Below are positions 53,000 to 63,950 of a DNA stretch of 64,000 nt, in pieces. The notes beneath the pieces are model-generated. The model did not search any database, had not been told where the DNA came from, and was given only the letters and a program-made list of their open reading frames with translations. The stretch is from Convolutriloba macropyga (lineage: Eukaryota), in NCBI RefSeq assembly GCF_964194025.1, contig NC_134468.1, positions 12,028,001 through 12,092,000 on the forward strand, in the 5' to 3' direction. The first letter of the stretch is position 1, and each line of letters starts with the position of its first letter. The translations under genes were made by a program, and so were the position numbers.

Positions 53000-54600
53000 G
53001 AGCGTTCAGGTGTTAAACTAACATATTTTATAGCCCTTACTCGGCAACATAAGTGTGTTGAGATTTTCAAATGCGAAATAAAAATGTGCCTCGCAGAAAT
53101 AAGATCAGGTTGTTAGCAACTGTCTTTGGATATCTTGGTTCCCTCGCTAATGAGGTTCACAAACCTACTATGCCCTCCTATTGAAGTATTAAATCAAGTA
53201 ATTTAGGCAAATATTTTTCAGTAATCAATTTTGAATGATTTACGCATCTTTTAGCAGAATGCTAATGATAACGACGCATTTTCTGTTTAAATGTCATCTC
53301 TGATTTTTACTAATTCTGTTATGCAGAAATGAATCATCATCGTGTCTGTTAAAGACGAGATTGGCAATAAATTGGAGAAAAAGCAATGCAATTATATAAC
53401 GGCGCCTATTGCACATTTGAAAGCGACTCATAATTACTATTATAAAAACACATTTTGAACTGGTGGGGACAATTCTAATTTTTTGATAAAACTTATCAAA
53501 GAAAAAAATCAAAATACAATATATGTACCCCGGTATTCATTGCGTTAGTATTTAGTTGCGGTACCTCGATTCCAGCTGCAGCTCATGTTCTCAGAAACAT
53601 TTTCCATAAAGTATTAGCAGAATTATTCCTATTGTCACCCAATAGGAAGGGATAGCTTTTATTATACGATTGTAATGAGTAGAGAAATATCGAATTGGTT
53701 GTCGTACGCGAATACCAAAGGAGCTGCAGTGATTGGATACCCGAATGATTCAATGAAAAACTCCAACATTAACTCCTTTTTGTACGCTGTTTAACCAAGT
53801 TTAATTTATTAGTTACTATTTTAAATAGTTCCCAAAAATGACAAACTTAAAGCAAGAATTAATTTCAAAGAAAAACCTGGTCAACCAAAAAAGAAGCGAA
53901 AAACAACAATTCGACTACACTACAAACATCAATGTTCCATCGACACAGTCTTCTTAAAACCGAAATATACCGAAAAGCCCCACTATGCCCCAAAAACAGT
54001 TCTTAACCCATTACTTGTCAGTTTATTTATAAACGATTTACGTAAACAAAAACCAGGTATTTTTTATTCCAATTGAAAACTGAATTATGAAAACTGGAAA
54101 AAATCTGCTGCGAAAATGGCATATGGAATTCGAGCAATCAGTGCAATTGAAAGCTCTTTCCGGATCATAAACTACTAATACTAATAAAAGCAATGGCACT
54201 AAGTACAGTACTACGTCCTTTTAAATGGTATTAACCGGTCAGTTGTAAAATGCATTTGCAAGTTTTTTGAAGTTAAAATGTCTTACAATTCTTTTCAAAT
54301 ACGTCTTGGGCATCAAGCAAATAACTTATTTATATAAAAATCTATTCATTTATATAAATTAGAATTCATTTATATCATTAGAATTCCTGTTTTTCCAAAC
54401 AGAGTGCCGGCCCTGCGATATCAAACGAAGACATCCGCCGTCAACATCTCGACTTCATTATATTCAAAATCTCTTTTTTGCAACCACTGCAGAATCTAGG
54501 AATGACTGCACGATCTTATAGAATCCAATCTTATTGTCGTCAGTGTTCAAACTTACGAAGTTAAGCGAAAAATAATAGGCCACTACTAAAAAATAACTTC
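53000..54600 (+). mobile_element. Highly decayed CR1/L2-group LINE relic
   Basis: Plus-strand peptides IPKELQ/GAAVIG (GVPQG-region-like, ~53710) and KMAYGIRAI..LLILIKAMALS (post-RT-like, ~54115-54205); many frameshifts. Confidence 0.4.
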
Positions 54601-54898
54601 AAGCATCTTTTTAAGGCGCATCCTTTTTAAGAAGTTAAGCATATCTGATTTATGAAAAAGTGATTTTAAAAGAACTAATGCCTCTAAACTTTCAGCTTTT
54701 AAACTATCAAATACCAAGCAGAATGCCTAAACGAAGTCAGATTGTGGTACAGATTGTTTAGTGTTACAACGATATCTAAGGAAAAAAGTTAAGAGGAAAT
54801 TCGTATAAATATTTCTGAGAGCGATTGAAAATTTCACTGTAGAGACCTGTAGGATCTAAGAAACTGCTTCGAAATGAGCCTGAACAAAATAAGTCAAA

Positions 54899-55488
54899 AA
54901 CATAACCGAATAACGTCGGGCAAATTGCTCTCAAATAACTAGCGAGCGCTTGGCTTCATCAGTAGCTAGCCACGGTTTAGTGAGGCTACCTTTAGCTTAA
55001 TTGACGGGGGGTGAGGCGAGCGCAGCGGGTGAGGTGGGGGTGCACGGGGAGGGGCTGATGGGGGCAGTAGGGGTGGGGTCAACGATGGGGATGGCTGGTC
55101 TTCTTCGGTAGGGAAGGGGATTGGAGAGGGGGGGTGGGGTGAATTGAGGGGGGGGGGGCTGATGTGTTTGGGGGGTCAACCTCTAAGAACCACCCGTCAC
55201 ACCATAAGTTCAAATAACTACATTCAGGTTAATATATACCACTATTAAGATTTAAAGTGAAAAATGGCACCAGTTTCGGCGCACTTTTCATTTGACTTTT
55301 GAGTAATAAAATGCCGCCAATTGAGTTCAGCTGCTTGAAATTGCGATTGAGAGGGAATTTTAGATCACGAAAAACTCAAGAAGTCAAGGGCGTAAAAGTC
55401 ACTCGAAAAGTGAGAAAGGTCAAGCAAAAATTTTGCATAAAAAAAGCCATACACGTTTACAATAATTGCTTCTCTACGAGAGCAATTA
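54899..55488 (-). mobile_element. HINE family A with the longest G-rich core
   Basis: AACATAACCGAATAACGTCGGGCAAATTGCTCTCAAA ... AATAATTGCTTCTCTACGAGAGCAATT; left half like 36215, right half like 2620-2860 (mosaic). Confidence 0.85.
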
Positions 55489-55744
55489 AAAAATGACAAA
55501 GAATAACGTGGGTTATAAAATCTAGCGTCATCGTTTACCACTGGCAGTTTACTTTGAAGAAGCGAGAAACGGTATCAGAGCTTATTAACGACAACTTGAG
55601 TGATGTAAATTGTAAAATAAAGTCGAAATGTAGAAAAGCAAAGGCAATTCTATGCGCCAAGAGTGCACATAAAATCGTCCCTTAAATAACAGTTAGAAAT
55701 TTACTGTTTAATTCTGAGCTTAGTGACACCTATCAAATGCTCAG

Positions 55745-55750
55745 TTTATT
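55745..55750 (-). terminator. Probable HSCB polyadenylation signal AATAAA
   Basis: TTTATT on the plus strand, 40 nt past the HSCB stop codon. Confidence 0.55.
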
Positions 55751-55790
55751 AACAGAAAACTGAAGAGCATAAAAATCAATCAGCCTTTCT

Positions 55791-56078
55791 TTAGTCAATT
55801 TTATATTTCAATTTTTCCAACAAATTATCCATGTATTTCAGTTTAGCAATATTTTCAGTAACTCCATCCTTGTCTCTCTCCTGAAAAGCGACACTCAAAC
55901 TCTTCAACACTTCAATTCTTCTGTCGGTTATATCCGACCTCAGCACTTCCAATGTTCGACCTTCTTCGGTATCCACAATTTCGTTCCATTCCATTATGGT
56001 CATTAGGAAATCTTCAGATTGTGCAATTTGATCTTCTGCAGAACCCGTTTCATCATCTCCCAAAGCCGAATCATGAAA
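55791..56078 (-). CDS. HSCB: HSCB/Hsc20 exon 2 (C-terminal ISCU-binding domain)
   Basis: FHDSALG...EDFLMTIMEWNE...LSVAFQERDKDGVTENIAKLKYMDNLLEKLK resembles FLIEIMEINE..AF..D...A....KMRYFSNIEEKIK; CTCAG acceptor with a CTAAC branch-like site ~25 nt upstream. Confidence 0.9.
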   Translation of the reverse strand, partial: FHDSALGDDETGSAEDQIAQSEDFLMTIMEWNEIVDTEEGRTLEVLRSDITDRRIEVLKSLSVAFQERDKDGVTENIAKLKYMDNLLEKLKYKID

Positions 56079-56330
56079 CTGAGCCGATATTAAAACATTA
56101 AAGTGTTAGTTTTCCTTGCAAAAAAACAAATTTGGATATTGGTTAGAATAGCTTCTTTAAAACCATAGCACGCATTGCCTCGTTTTTTTTCTATTCCTTA
56201 AGTCAAAGTTCATTTTAGAAATTAAAATTTTCACAATCTTGCAAGGCAAGTTTCTTTTTTGCAAGACTGGGTCTTTTATTAATTGGTCAGAATTAATTTG
56301 TCCAGATTAAAAATCGGCTCAATTTCTAAC

Positions 56331-56789
56331 AGTGATGTCGTTGAAAACTATCCTCGAAAGATATTTAGCTCGTAAGTAAGGGGAAAGCAGGACCGTCAAA
56401 GCGTCATTAACCATGCTTGAAATTTCTTGCGAAAACTCCTGCTCCTCTTGGCTTGAATTTGAGAATTTGTCCGGGTGCAAACTTGCTTGAAGCTTGCGAT
56501 AGTTTTTCTTGCCCAGCTCAAGGTCTGTTTCAAATTCAGCATCAATTCCCAGAATTTCAAAATAGGTTAGCTGAGGAATATTCCCACATCTTAATTTGGG
56601 CGAGTTCAGGGTTAAAACTGTGGGAGGTTTCAAAACTTTTCCACTCACAGAGCAGAAAAATAAATCTTTGATGGCCACTGAACTTGCAGCACGGGGCAAG
56701 ATTTTGCTAACAGGTACGTTAAAGGCACTGCGATTCAATTTTGCAACATGTGAGGTAAACTTCATCGGTGTTAGCACGTTTGTTTTCAT
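56331..56789 (-). CDS. HSCB: HSCB/Hsc20 exon 1 (mitochondrial presequence plus J-domain); start could alternatively be 56765 or 56969
   Basis: YFEILGI..YRKLQASLHPDKF..EQEFSQEISSMVNDAL.VLLSPYLRAKYL is the HscB-type J-domain with HPD; basic, acid-free N-terminus from MKTNVL; best phase-0 donor ACT|GTTAGA. Confidence 0.9.
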
Positions 56790-59700
56790 TTTTTGTTTCG
56801 CAAGAAAGTTATTAGCTGGCTTCGTAGTCTCAAACCTCAGTTTTCTGTTCTCAGCTTGACATGCAAATTTAGCCACTAATTGAAATCGCGGAACATGATA
56901 GAAAAGGTCTTCTTTTGCCGTACACAAAATTGATTTTAAGCAATTCCGTGTATTACATGCAAAGCCCATAGCACTGAAATACTCATTTTTCTCCCGACAT
57001 AGATCTCGTCCAAATCAATATCATAAACGTTCCAGTTCAACAATATTTCTATCGCAGCACTGTTTTCGAGACTTAATTAAAAATTACTGCAAAATTTATT
57101 GTTAAAAAATTGTTTCTGCATGTTTCTGACTAGCTTTATAAGCGCCAATTCAACTATCGCAGGTTTTAATAATTTAGGACGAATTTTCTCAGCCGGATAC
57201 ATCGCAGCTGCTATCATCTACGCCCAAGCTCGGAAACGAACCCCCGCAAGTGTAAGCACCACCTCGCCTCTCAAATGTTGGCAGAGTTTAGTTGTACAAA
57301 CTGCGCCATTGCCCATATTTTACGCCTTATAATTACGTTTCTAATAATCGTGACAAAACTTGCACAAGCTCAGTTCTCTATGGAATATCACAAAATTTGT
57401 TTCCACAAGAATGTGTAAAAAACAAATCAGTAAATTTGCACTAATAGTTTATGTCAGCCCGGACTCGCCAGTACAGTTTATATTTGCCATTTAAAAGGTA
57501 ATTCTGCACTGCGCGGCGGTGGGTGGGGTGGGGGGTCAGGTCAGCTTTTGGTTAAAAGAAATAGTAATGGGAAAATCAAGTCCTTGGGAAAATATCCACT
57601 GCATGTCGGCATACCAGGTTAACATACGTAGGTACTTCTTCGACAGTTGAATTATCTTGGGACAACGATCCTACTCTAAGTATTCTTAGAGATTACGTAT
57701 CCCTTGCAAGCCTCGAACTCCTGTTCTCATCACAGCAACTTAAATAGTACACACCTAAGCTTTTAGCAACTGCGCCAAGTTCGCGGCAAGCAACAATTTT
57801 CTATTACAACTACAATAAGTTTGCTGAATAGACTTTGCGCATGTCTAAAAATTTACATTAGATAATTTTACCGTAGCCTATTGGCCGACATACCATTTAG
57901 TCGATAAAATTAAATTTTTATGACAACTTAACCACATACACTAATTACCCTCGCATAAAGAGGGTTAAGAAGCGTCTCTTCAGTTTAAAGTAAACACTTA
58001 TTGTTTCAAAATATTTCAAGGCGAAATCAACATTTTTCAAATTATGCAATATATTGTTCACTTTTTTGGTTTATCATTTAAACGTCAACTGGAAATTTGT
58101 CGGCTCGGTCGAGTCTTCTAATTGTCGATTCTTCTAATTTGTATGTCGGCTAATATCCAGAGCCCCAAAATTTACGTACCTATTACACACCTATTTTACA
58201 AGAACAAAGCAAACCTCAAACAATGCAACCCTTTACTTTTTATTATTAGTTGTTTTCGTTTTCTACCCCAAACTGAATTTCTTTCACCAGCCTGCGTGAA
58301 CAATTAATGCGTTTTCTCATTGATAGCGGTTTGTAGAGCCTAATATGAAGTTTGACTAGCCATTATAAATTAAACAAAATACCAACAAGGCCGTAAAAAT
58401 AGAGATAAATCCGATTCACTTGAGGAAAATTTGAGCTACCTCGCCGCATCAGATAAAGAAATTTATCTCGTAGAAATAATTCTTGAAAACTGTTTTGCAT
58501 AAAAAATTTTGAATATCTTCGTCAAATTCTTTCCATATAATACATGCATACATCAATAATAAAAAACGCATCGAAGCATGTAACATATCGTCATATGAAG
58601 CTTGTGTGCAATTTGATATCTAAGACAGGCTATTATGCAGTTGAGGAAACAGGTGAAAAATTCAGGAGAATTCAATCAATGCAGAGGCACCGATCAAAGC
58701 AACTATTAATTTTGAAGGGGAAGCAAAAAAGAAATCGGATTTTATACGCAGCCGTTCAGGCATTTAATATTCGATATGTACTTTGACTATTAGTCGCAAA
58801 TCCGTCTATTGTATCTATTGCATATTGCATTGTTCTCTGAATAATTGAGCAGAGGTTTAGAATAATTTAGACAAAGGAACACAAATCCTCTTAAGAGGGC
58901 ATAAACAGCACTCCCGATAGGACTATCTTACGTCAGTAACCTCATTTCCACAAGCACACTTGAATTGTCGCAACAGCAGAAGCAACTTTCACTTGATATT
59001 CTGCATTATAAATCAGAGATAAAAGAATTTTCTAAGCCTGATCACTAAACAAACGTCCAATATTGAAACATCGACCTGAAGAACGCTTTCACACCTGACA
59101 AAGACCAAATCTTGACCTCAGTTAAACTCAAAACCATATATCAAATATATTACTGCACCCTTCACCCAATCAAGAAACTGTTTTTTTTTCACGTGTTCTA
59201 AAAAGGTTGCAACAAAAGAGTCACCATCAAGGACAAAGCTCACTAAAATCCGGGGCCAACAAGTTATCAAGAGCAAGTTATCAAATTGACAATTTTTTTC
59301 AGAGTTTTGAAGAGCGGCTATAGAGCCGCAACAGAAAAAAAATTAAAATACGCCATTGAATTTTGCCATAAGTTACAATTTCCAAAATTTGCATCAGTTT
59401 ATTTCTGGACACTTAATTATAACATCGACGGCAAATTTCCTGAAAATAGCTGACATTGAGCCAAATCGGCAAGTACATGCCAAAATCCTCAACCATATTA
59501 TATCATAAAATTTTTGAAGTCATAAAATATATTTAGCAGTTTTAATGGCTAAAAAAGACAATAGAACAAAAAATGAAGGCAAGATTTTCAAATTCACAGA
59601 AACATTTCAAAAACAAAAGGCCAAAAAATGATATTTTTCAGACTAAGCCATAAATCACGGCAAAAACAAAAACAAAAATGCAATACAAAATCAACTATTA

Positions 59701-60299
59701 TTTTTTGAAAATCTGTCGAAATTGTAAAAAAATATACTGCTATGAACTCAATAGACTAACAGCTTCAACTATTCCGCTTTAGCAACCCATGAAATCTGTC
59801 ATTAATGAGATTAAGTGGTAAGACAGCAATAAACAAACTAGCGAAACTCAAAAAATCACTTACTATTTTTGTAAACCAACAGCGTATAAGTCTTAGAAAT
59901 CAAAATCTATGAAGAAAGCTGGATTTAGTTAATTTCAGTATCCTTAGCAACATATGAGGCCAGCCATTAAAGATATTATGAAATCAGCAAATTGAACAAT
60001 GAAAACTTTGATAATATTTCTTGAAAACAAAGATTGTCAAAGTCAAATAAAACATTAGCTTTATAATCCCTATTAGCAACCTATGGGACCTACCAAATGA
60101 TAAGACAACAGAAATAATTTTTAAAAGGGCAAAATGGAAATATTTACTATTTTACGACAGCAAATACTGTCAAATTTAAAAAAAAGCATTGCCTGACCTC
60201 TGATGAGTTCAAGCAACTGCAAATAGGCGCAATTAAAACACATATGTATTATTATTATAAATCGTTCAAGAGAAGAAACGCTGAAAACAAGTCAAATGC

Positions 60300-60575
60300 A
60301 CGTTAAAAATAGCTTTCAAAAACCGAAAATTTGTTCAAACACCTATGTCTCACTCAACTTTACAGGTAATTTGAAACAGTCACGCTTCAAACCTTTTCGC
60401 TTTTTGCTCTCATTACTAATCCAGCGTGATTAAAATAATCACTATAATTTGACTTCTCACTGACGTGAAAAAGCCGAACAAAGTGCGAGCAGATCTTAAA
60501 AAAAGGAACAGATCCAAATACTTTGGCTTGTAAAAAGGAGAGCAGACTAAATAATAATGTAACGTGGCCACTAAC
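60300..60575 (-). mobile_element. Degenerate HINE-C end followed by a B-like end
   Basis: AAACCGAAAATTTGTTCAAACACC..CAGATCTTAAAAAAAG..TTGTAAAAAGGAG matches 6933-7160. Confidence 0.6.
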
Positions 60576-62099
60576 TTTGAAATGATTCACCTATGGCTCA
60601 AATTGGGAAAACACCCAAAAACGCATATCGGTCAACTTTTGAGTGCATATTGATGTTGTTTATAAGCGTGAGAGTTGGCAAACTAACGCAGTACTTTAAG
60701 GTATATTAACTTTGGCTGCAGCTAGACTAAGCTTGTGGAGGCTAGCATCAATTTGATTGGGGTTCCAAACCTACACTTCGAAATTCCCATTTAACTCAAG
60801 ACATTATGCCTCCTCAATAATATTCACAAACCGTAGACAGAGCTGACTAAGGCTCTAAGACTTTTGACACTTTGAGAGACCCTTTGAGACGTTTAAATGA
60901 TGTTTTAACGTTCACGAAAATTATTCCGAGGTAATTTGAAAGCAAAACTGAAGCAGTATTGTTCATATGCATGCGGCGCAAAAATGCTTCAGTTAATTTA
61001 AAAACTTGCAGTATTTATTAACATACAGAAAGAGGAAAACAAAACAAAAGATCCCTCATTTTAATCATCCCTTTGTATACGGTTTTGTGACTGCATCAAT
61101 TCTCTTTTCCTTTTCCTTATCTTGACCACCTTCGCTTAAGCTGATCAATTCTTTTCAAATACTTACTGCTGCAACTAGTAATCTCAAGCAACATTAGCAT
61201 AAATTTTTGATTTTCGTTACCAAATGAGAAACTCGGCTGGAATACAATTCTACCAAGAAGAAGCAAAGCGAATTGAATTGAAGTCTTACAGAAAAAGCAA
61301 TAAAACCTCAAAACTTAAGCAAAATTAAGGGCAAAAATATCAAGAGAAAAACCGCTGCTTATAACGAATAGCAACAAATCCATGCATCAATGAATAGCTC
61401 GGGAAAATTGAAAACGGCTTAATGAGAGAGGTTGAAAAAGGTTAAGAGGAAATCATTGAAAGGCGGCAGCAAGCAGATTTAGCAAAAAAGGCGATAATGG
61501 AAAATATGGATTAGAGGATGGGAAAAAGGAAAGGATAAAAAATCTGATACCGAGTGAAGAAAAATTATTTCACGCTGCTGCGATTTAGGGAAGAAGAAAA
61601 GAGAGGTCAAATTGACAAGAAAAAGCAACAAAGCACAGTATAGCTTCTCTGCGTTTCCTTTTCTGTTACTGCTTTTCGATGCCATTAAAAGTCCCATTTG
61701 TCATAATCTATCATCTATCAACTATAATTCCAACAAAAAAAGGACATAAATGTTCCTTTTAAATGACAAAACAAGCTAATGGAGCGAGTAGAGTTATCTT
61801 TTTTCACATTCGATATTGCAATATTGGGCCAGTCGAAATGAGAATATTATTACCTAACTATAAAAATGTAATATTCTCGCCCTGATAAATTCAAAACGGT
61901 AACATTGGAAAAACGACATATAAAATAGTCAAATAATTAAGTAAAGAAACGCAACTTTTAAATTAATTTAGATATCACCTACATTGAAAAGTTGCTTTTT
62001 TTTCTATTTTCTCCCAGATTAAGTGAATCATTAATTTTGTTAATATCATCTTAGGTAAAGCGACTCATTGCATGTTATGTCTGTTGCAGAATTATGCCC

Positions 62100-62598
62100 A
62101 CCCAATGCAGAACCTTGATTTAGTTAACAGTTTCGATGATTTTCAAGCAAGAGAGGTTTCAAGCAGGAAAAAACGGGTGGGGGGTGAGTGCGGGGGTGAC
62201 AGGAAGGGGTGGTCAAAGGGGGGGGGGGGCCCTCCCTTCACACCATGAAATTGTCTCCTCAAAACAGTTTCGGTGAATCGCATACTTCATATAAAAAACG
62301 GGCGGGGTGACTGCGGGGGTGACAGGAAGGGGTGGTCAAAGGGGGGGGTCCCATTCCTTCACACCATGAAATTATCTCCTCGAAGCAGTTTCGGTGCGTC
62401 GCATACTTCGAGACTACTAAGGCGTAAGGTACTAAGAGAGCTGCTCAGCCACTCAATGCCCTCTGGGTGCTACCGTGTGTAACCAGTTTTTGACGACGAA
62501 GAGTCCAAAAGGGTCAGACGAGAACTCGGTCAAGCAAAAATCGCATAAAAAGACCACATCATTAATATAAATACTGCAAACTTCGTTTGAGAGACATT
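62100..62598 (-). mobile_element. HINE family A with an internal ~123-bp tandem duplication (62168-62290 / 62291-62410)
   Basis: TGCGGGGGTGACAGGAAGGGGTGGTCAAAGGG..CTTCACACCATGAAATT twice; end CAAACTTCGTTTGAGAG. Confidence 0.8.
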
Positions 62599-63675
62599 GG
62601 AAAATGAAATATAAAAGAAACCTCAATCAAAGACCAAATGATACCATGAGACAATTTATGTTATGGTTAGAAAAACTGTTCTATACAACTCAACACATCT
62701 CTTGACATGTTGAAATTAGCATAGGGGACATTTAGCAAACCAATTTAGTACTGAAATGATATACTGCAATGTCATGCTGAGAAAGTCGGCCAGTATGTGC
62801 AACAAAGAAACTAATTGACACGGCGTTTGTCTGTAAGGCGACCATTTAATCAAGGCACACTACATTATGATACTGTATTCTCAGTAAATCAATAGCTACA
62901 TGTTTGAACAAGCAAAACAGTATTTCACCTGAAGTCTCTACACCAGTCAGGTAGGGGCAAAAATTCATCTTGCTAGCAAAAAAGTCTACTTTCAATCCCA
63001 AACAGTTCTATAATAGGCAGCTAGTAGTAGCGGGAGAATTAGGGCACTTGGGATTGTTTTACGACCTGACCCAACTAACAGTACAACTTGGCTGCAAACT
63101 CAGAAAACAATTTAGTTCAAAAAGGAACAAACCATGCAATCAAATGATAGATAGATATTTCAGCTAGTCATTATATTGCCCTGCCGTACACTGTGATTTA
63201 ATCACTTAGCCAGAAAAACTGTTATTTTTCTTAATAAAAACTGTTCACATTCTTCTCGGTTAAAAATTTTAGCAGAAACCAAAAATTAGAGCGCATCCGT
63301 TTTCCTCTCTTTGCTAAAAAGGAATAAACGTCGGTCGAAATTGCTTGAAAAAATAAAACTCACAGTCACAAACAAATATTCCGTATTTGAATTTCATTGG
63401 GCCCGATCTTTGGTCTCGATGAGAAACTAAGAAACAAATTTTATGGCAAATAAGAGAAAAAGATTCTACAAGCATATAACTTCCAGCATTTCAGAAATGT
63501 TTTCTGAAAAAATCGAAGTAAAGATGAAACAAACAAAACCTACAGTGCAGGACACATTGCTCGGGTTTGACGACTTTGGATATCAGTCGCGTTAGGCAAT
63601 AGCGTCTGGTACTAGTAATATAAGTGAAAGCAGTAGCGTTGCCAAATTAATGCATTAATTAACATTGAACAATGA

Positions 63676-63950
63676 AACTTAAACGGAGCGACGCGGATAA
63701 AATGCTCTCAAACAACAGCGGGGCAATGAAATTAGAGGTGGTGTAGCTTAGAAGTGTTTCACCGACCCCACAGGGGGTTTGAACCAAGGCCTCCAGAACA
63801 TCATCTGAACCACTAAACTACAATAGCTTTGATTCCTATTCGCTCACAACCGCTTTTATATTAACAACAATCTTTATGGAACGAGAGCTCTTATATCACT
63901 GAAAAATGAAGAACGGAAGCGTAAAAAATCACTTTAAAAAGTCAAAGAAC
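63676..63950 (-). mobile_element. tRNA-bearing HINE-A variant (tRNA-like segment 63766-63827)
   Basis: AATGCTCTCAAACAAC..GGGGCAATG..TTAGAAGTGTTTC; minus strand TAGTTTAGTGG (A box)..AGGCC-TTGGTTCAAACCC (B box). Confidence 0.7.

Noticed and set aside
56089-56364. Possible U12-type intron in HSCB starting at ATATCTTT
   Set aside because: It would delete the conserved YL of RAKYL and needs a non-standard acceptor; the GT-AG model keeps homology and frame.
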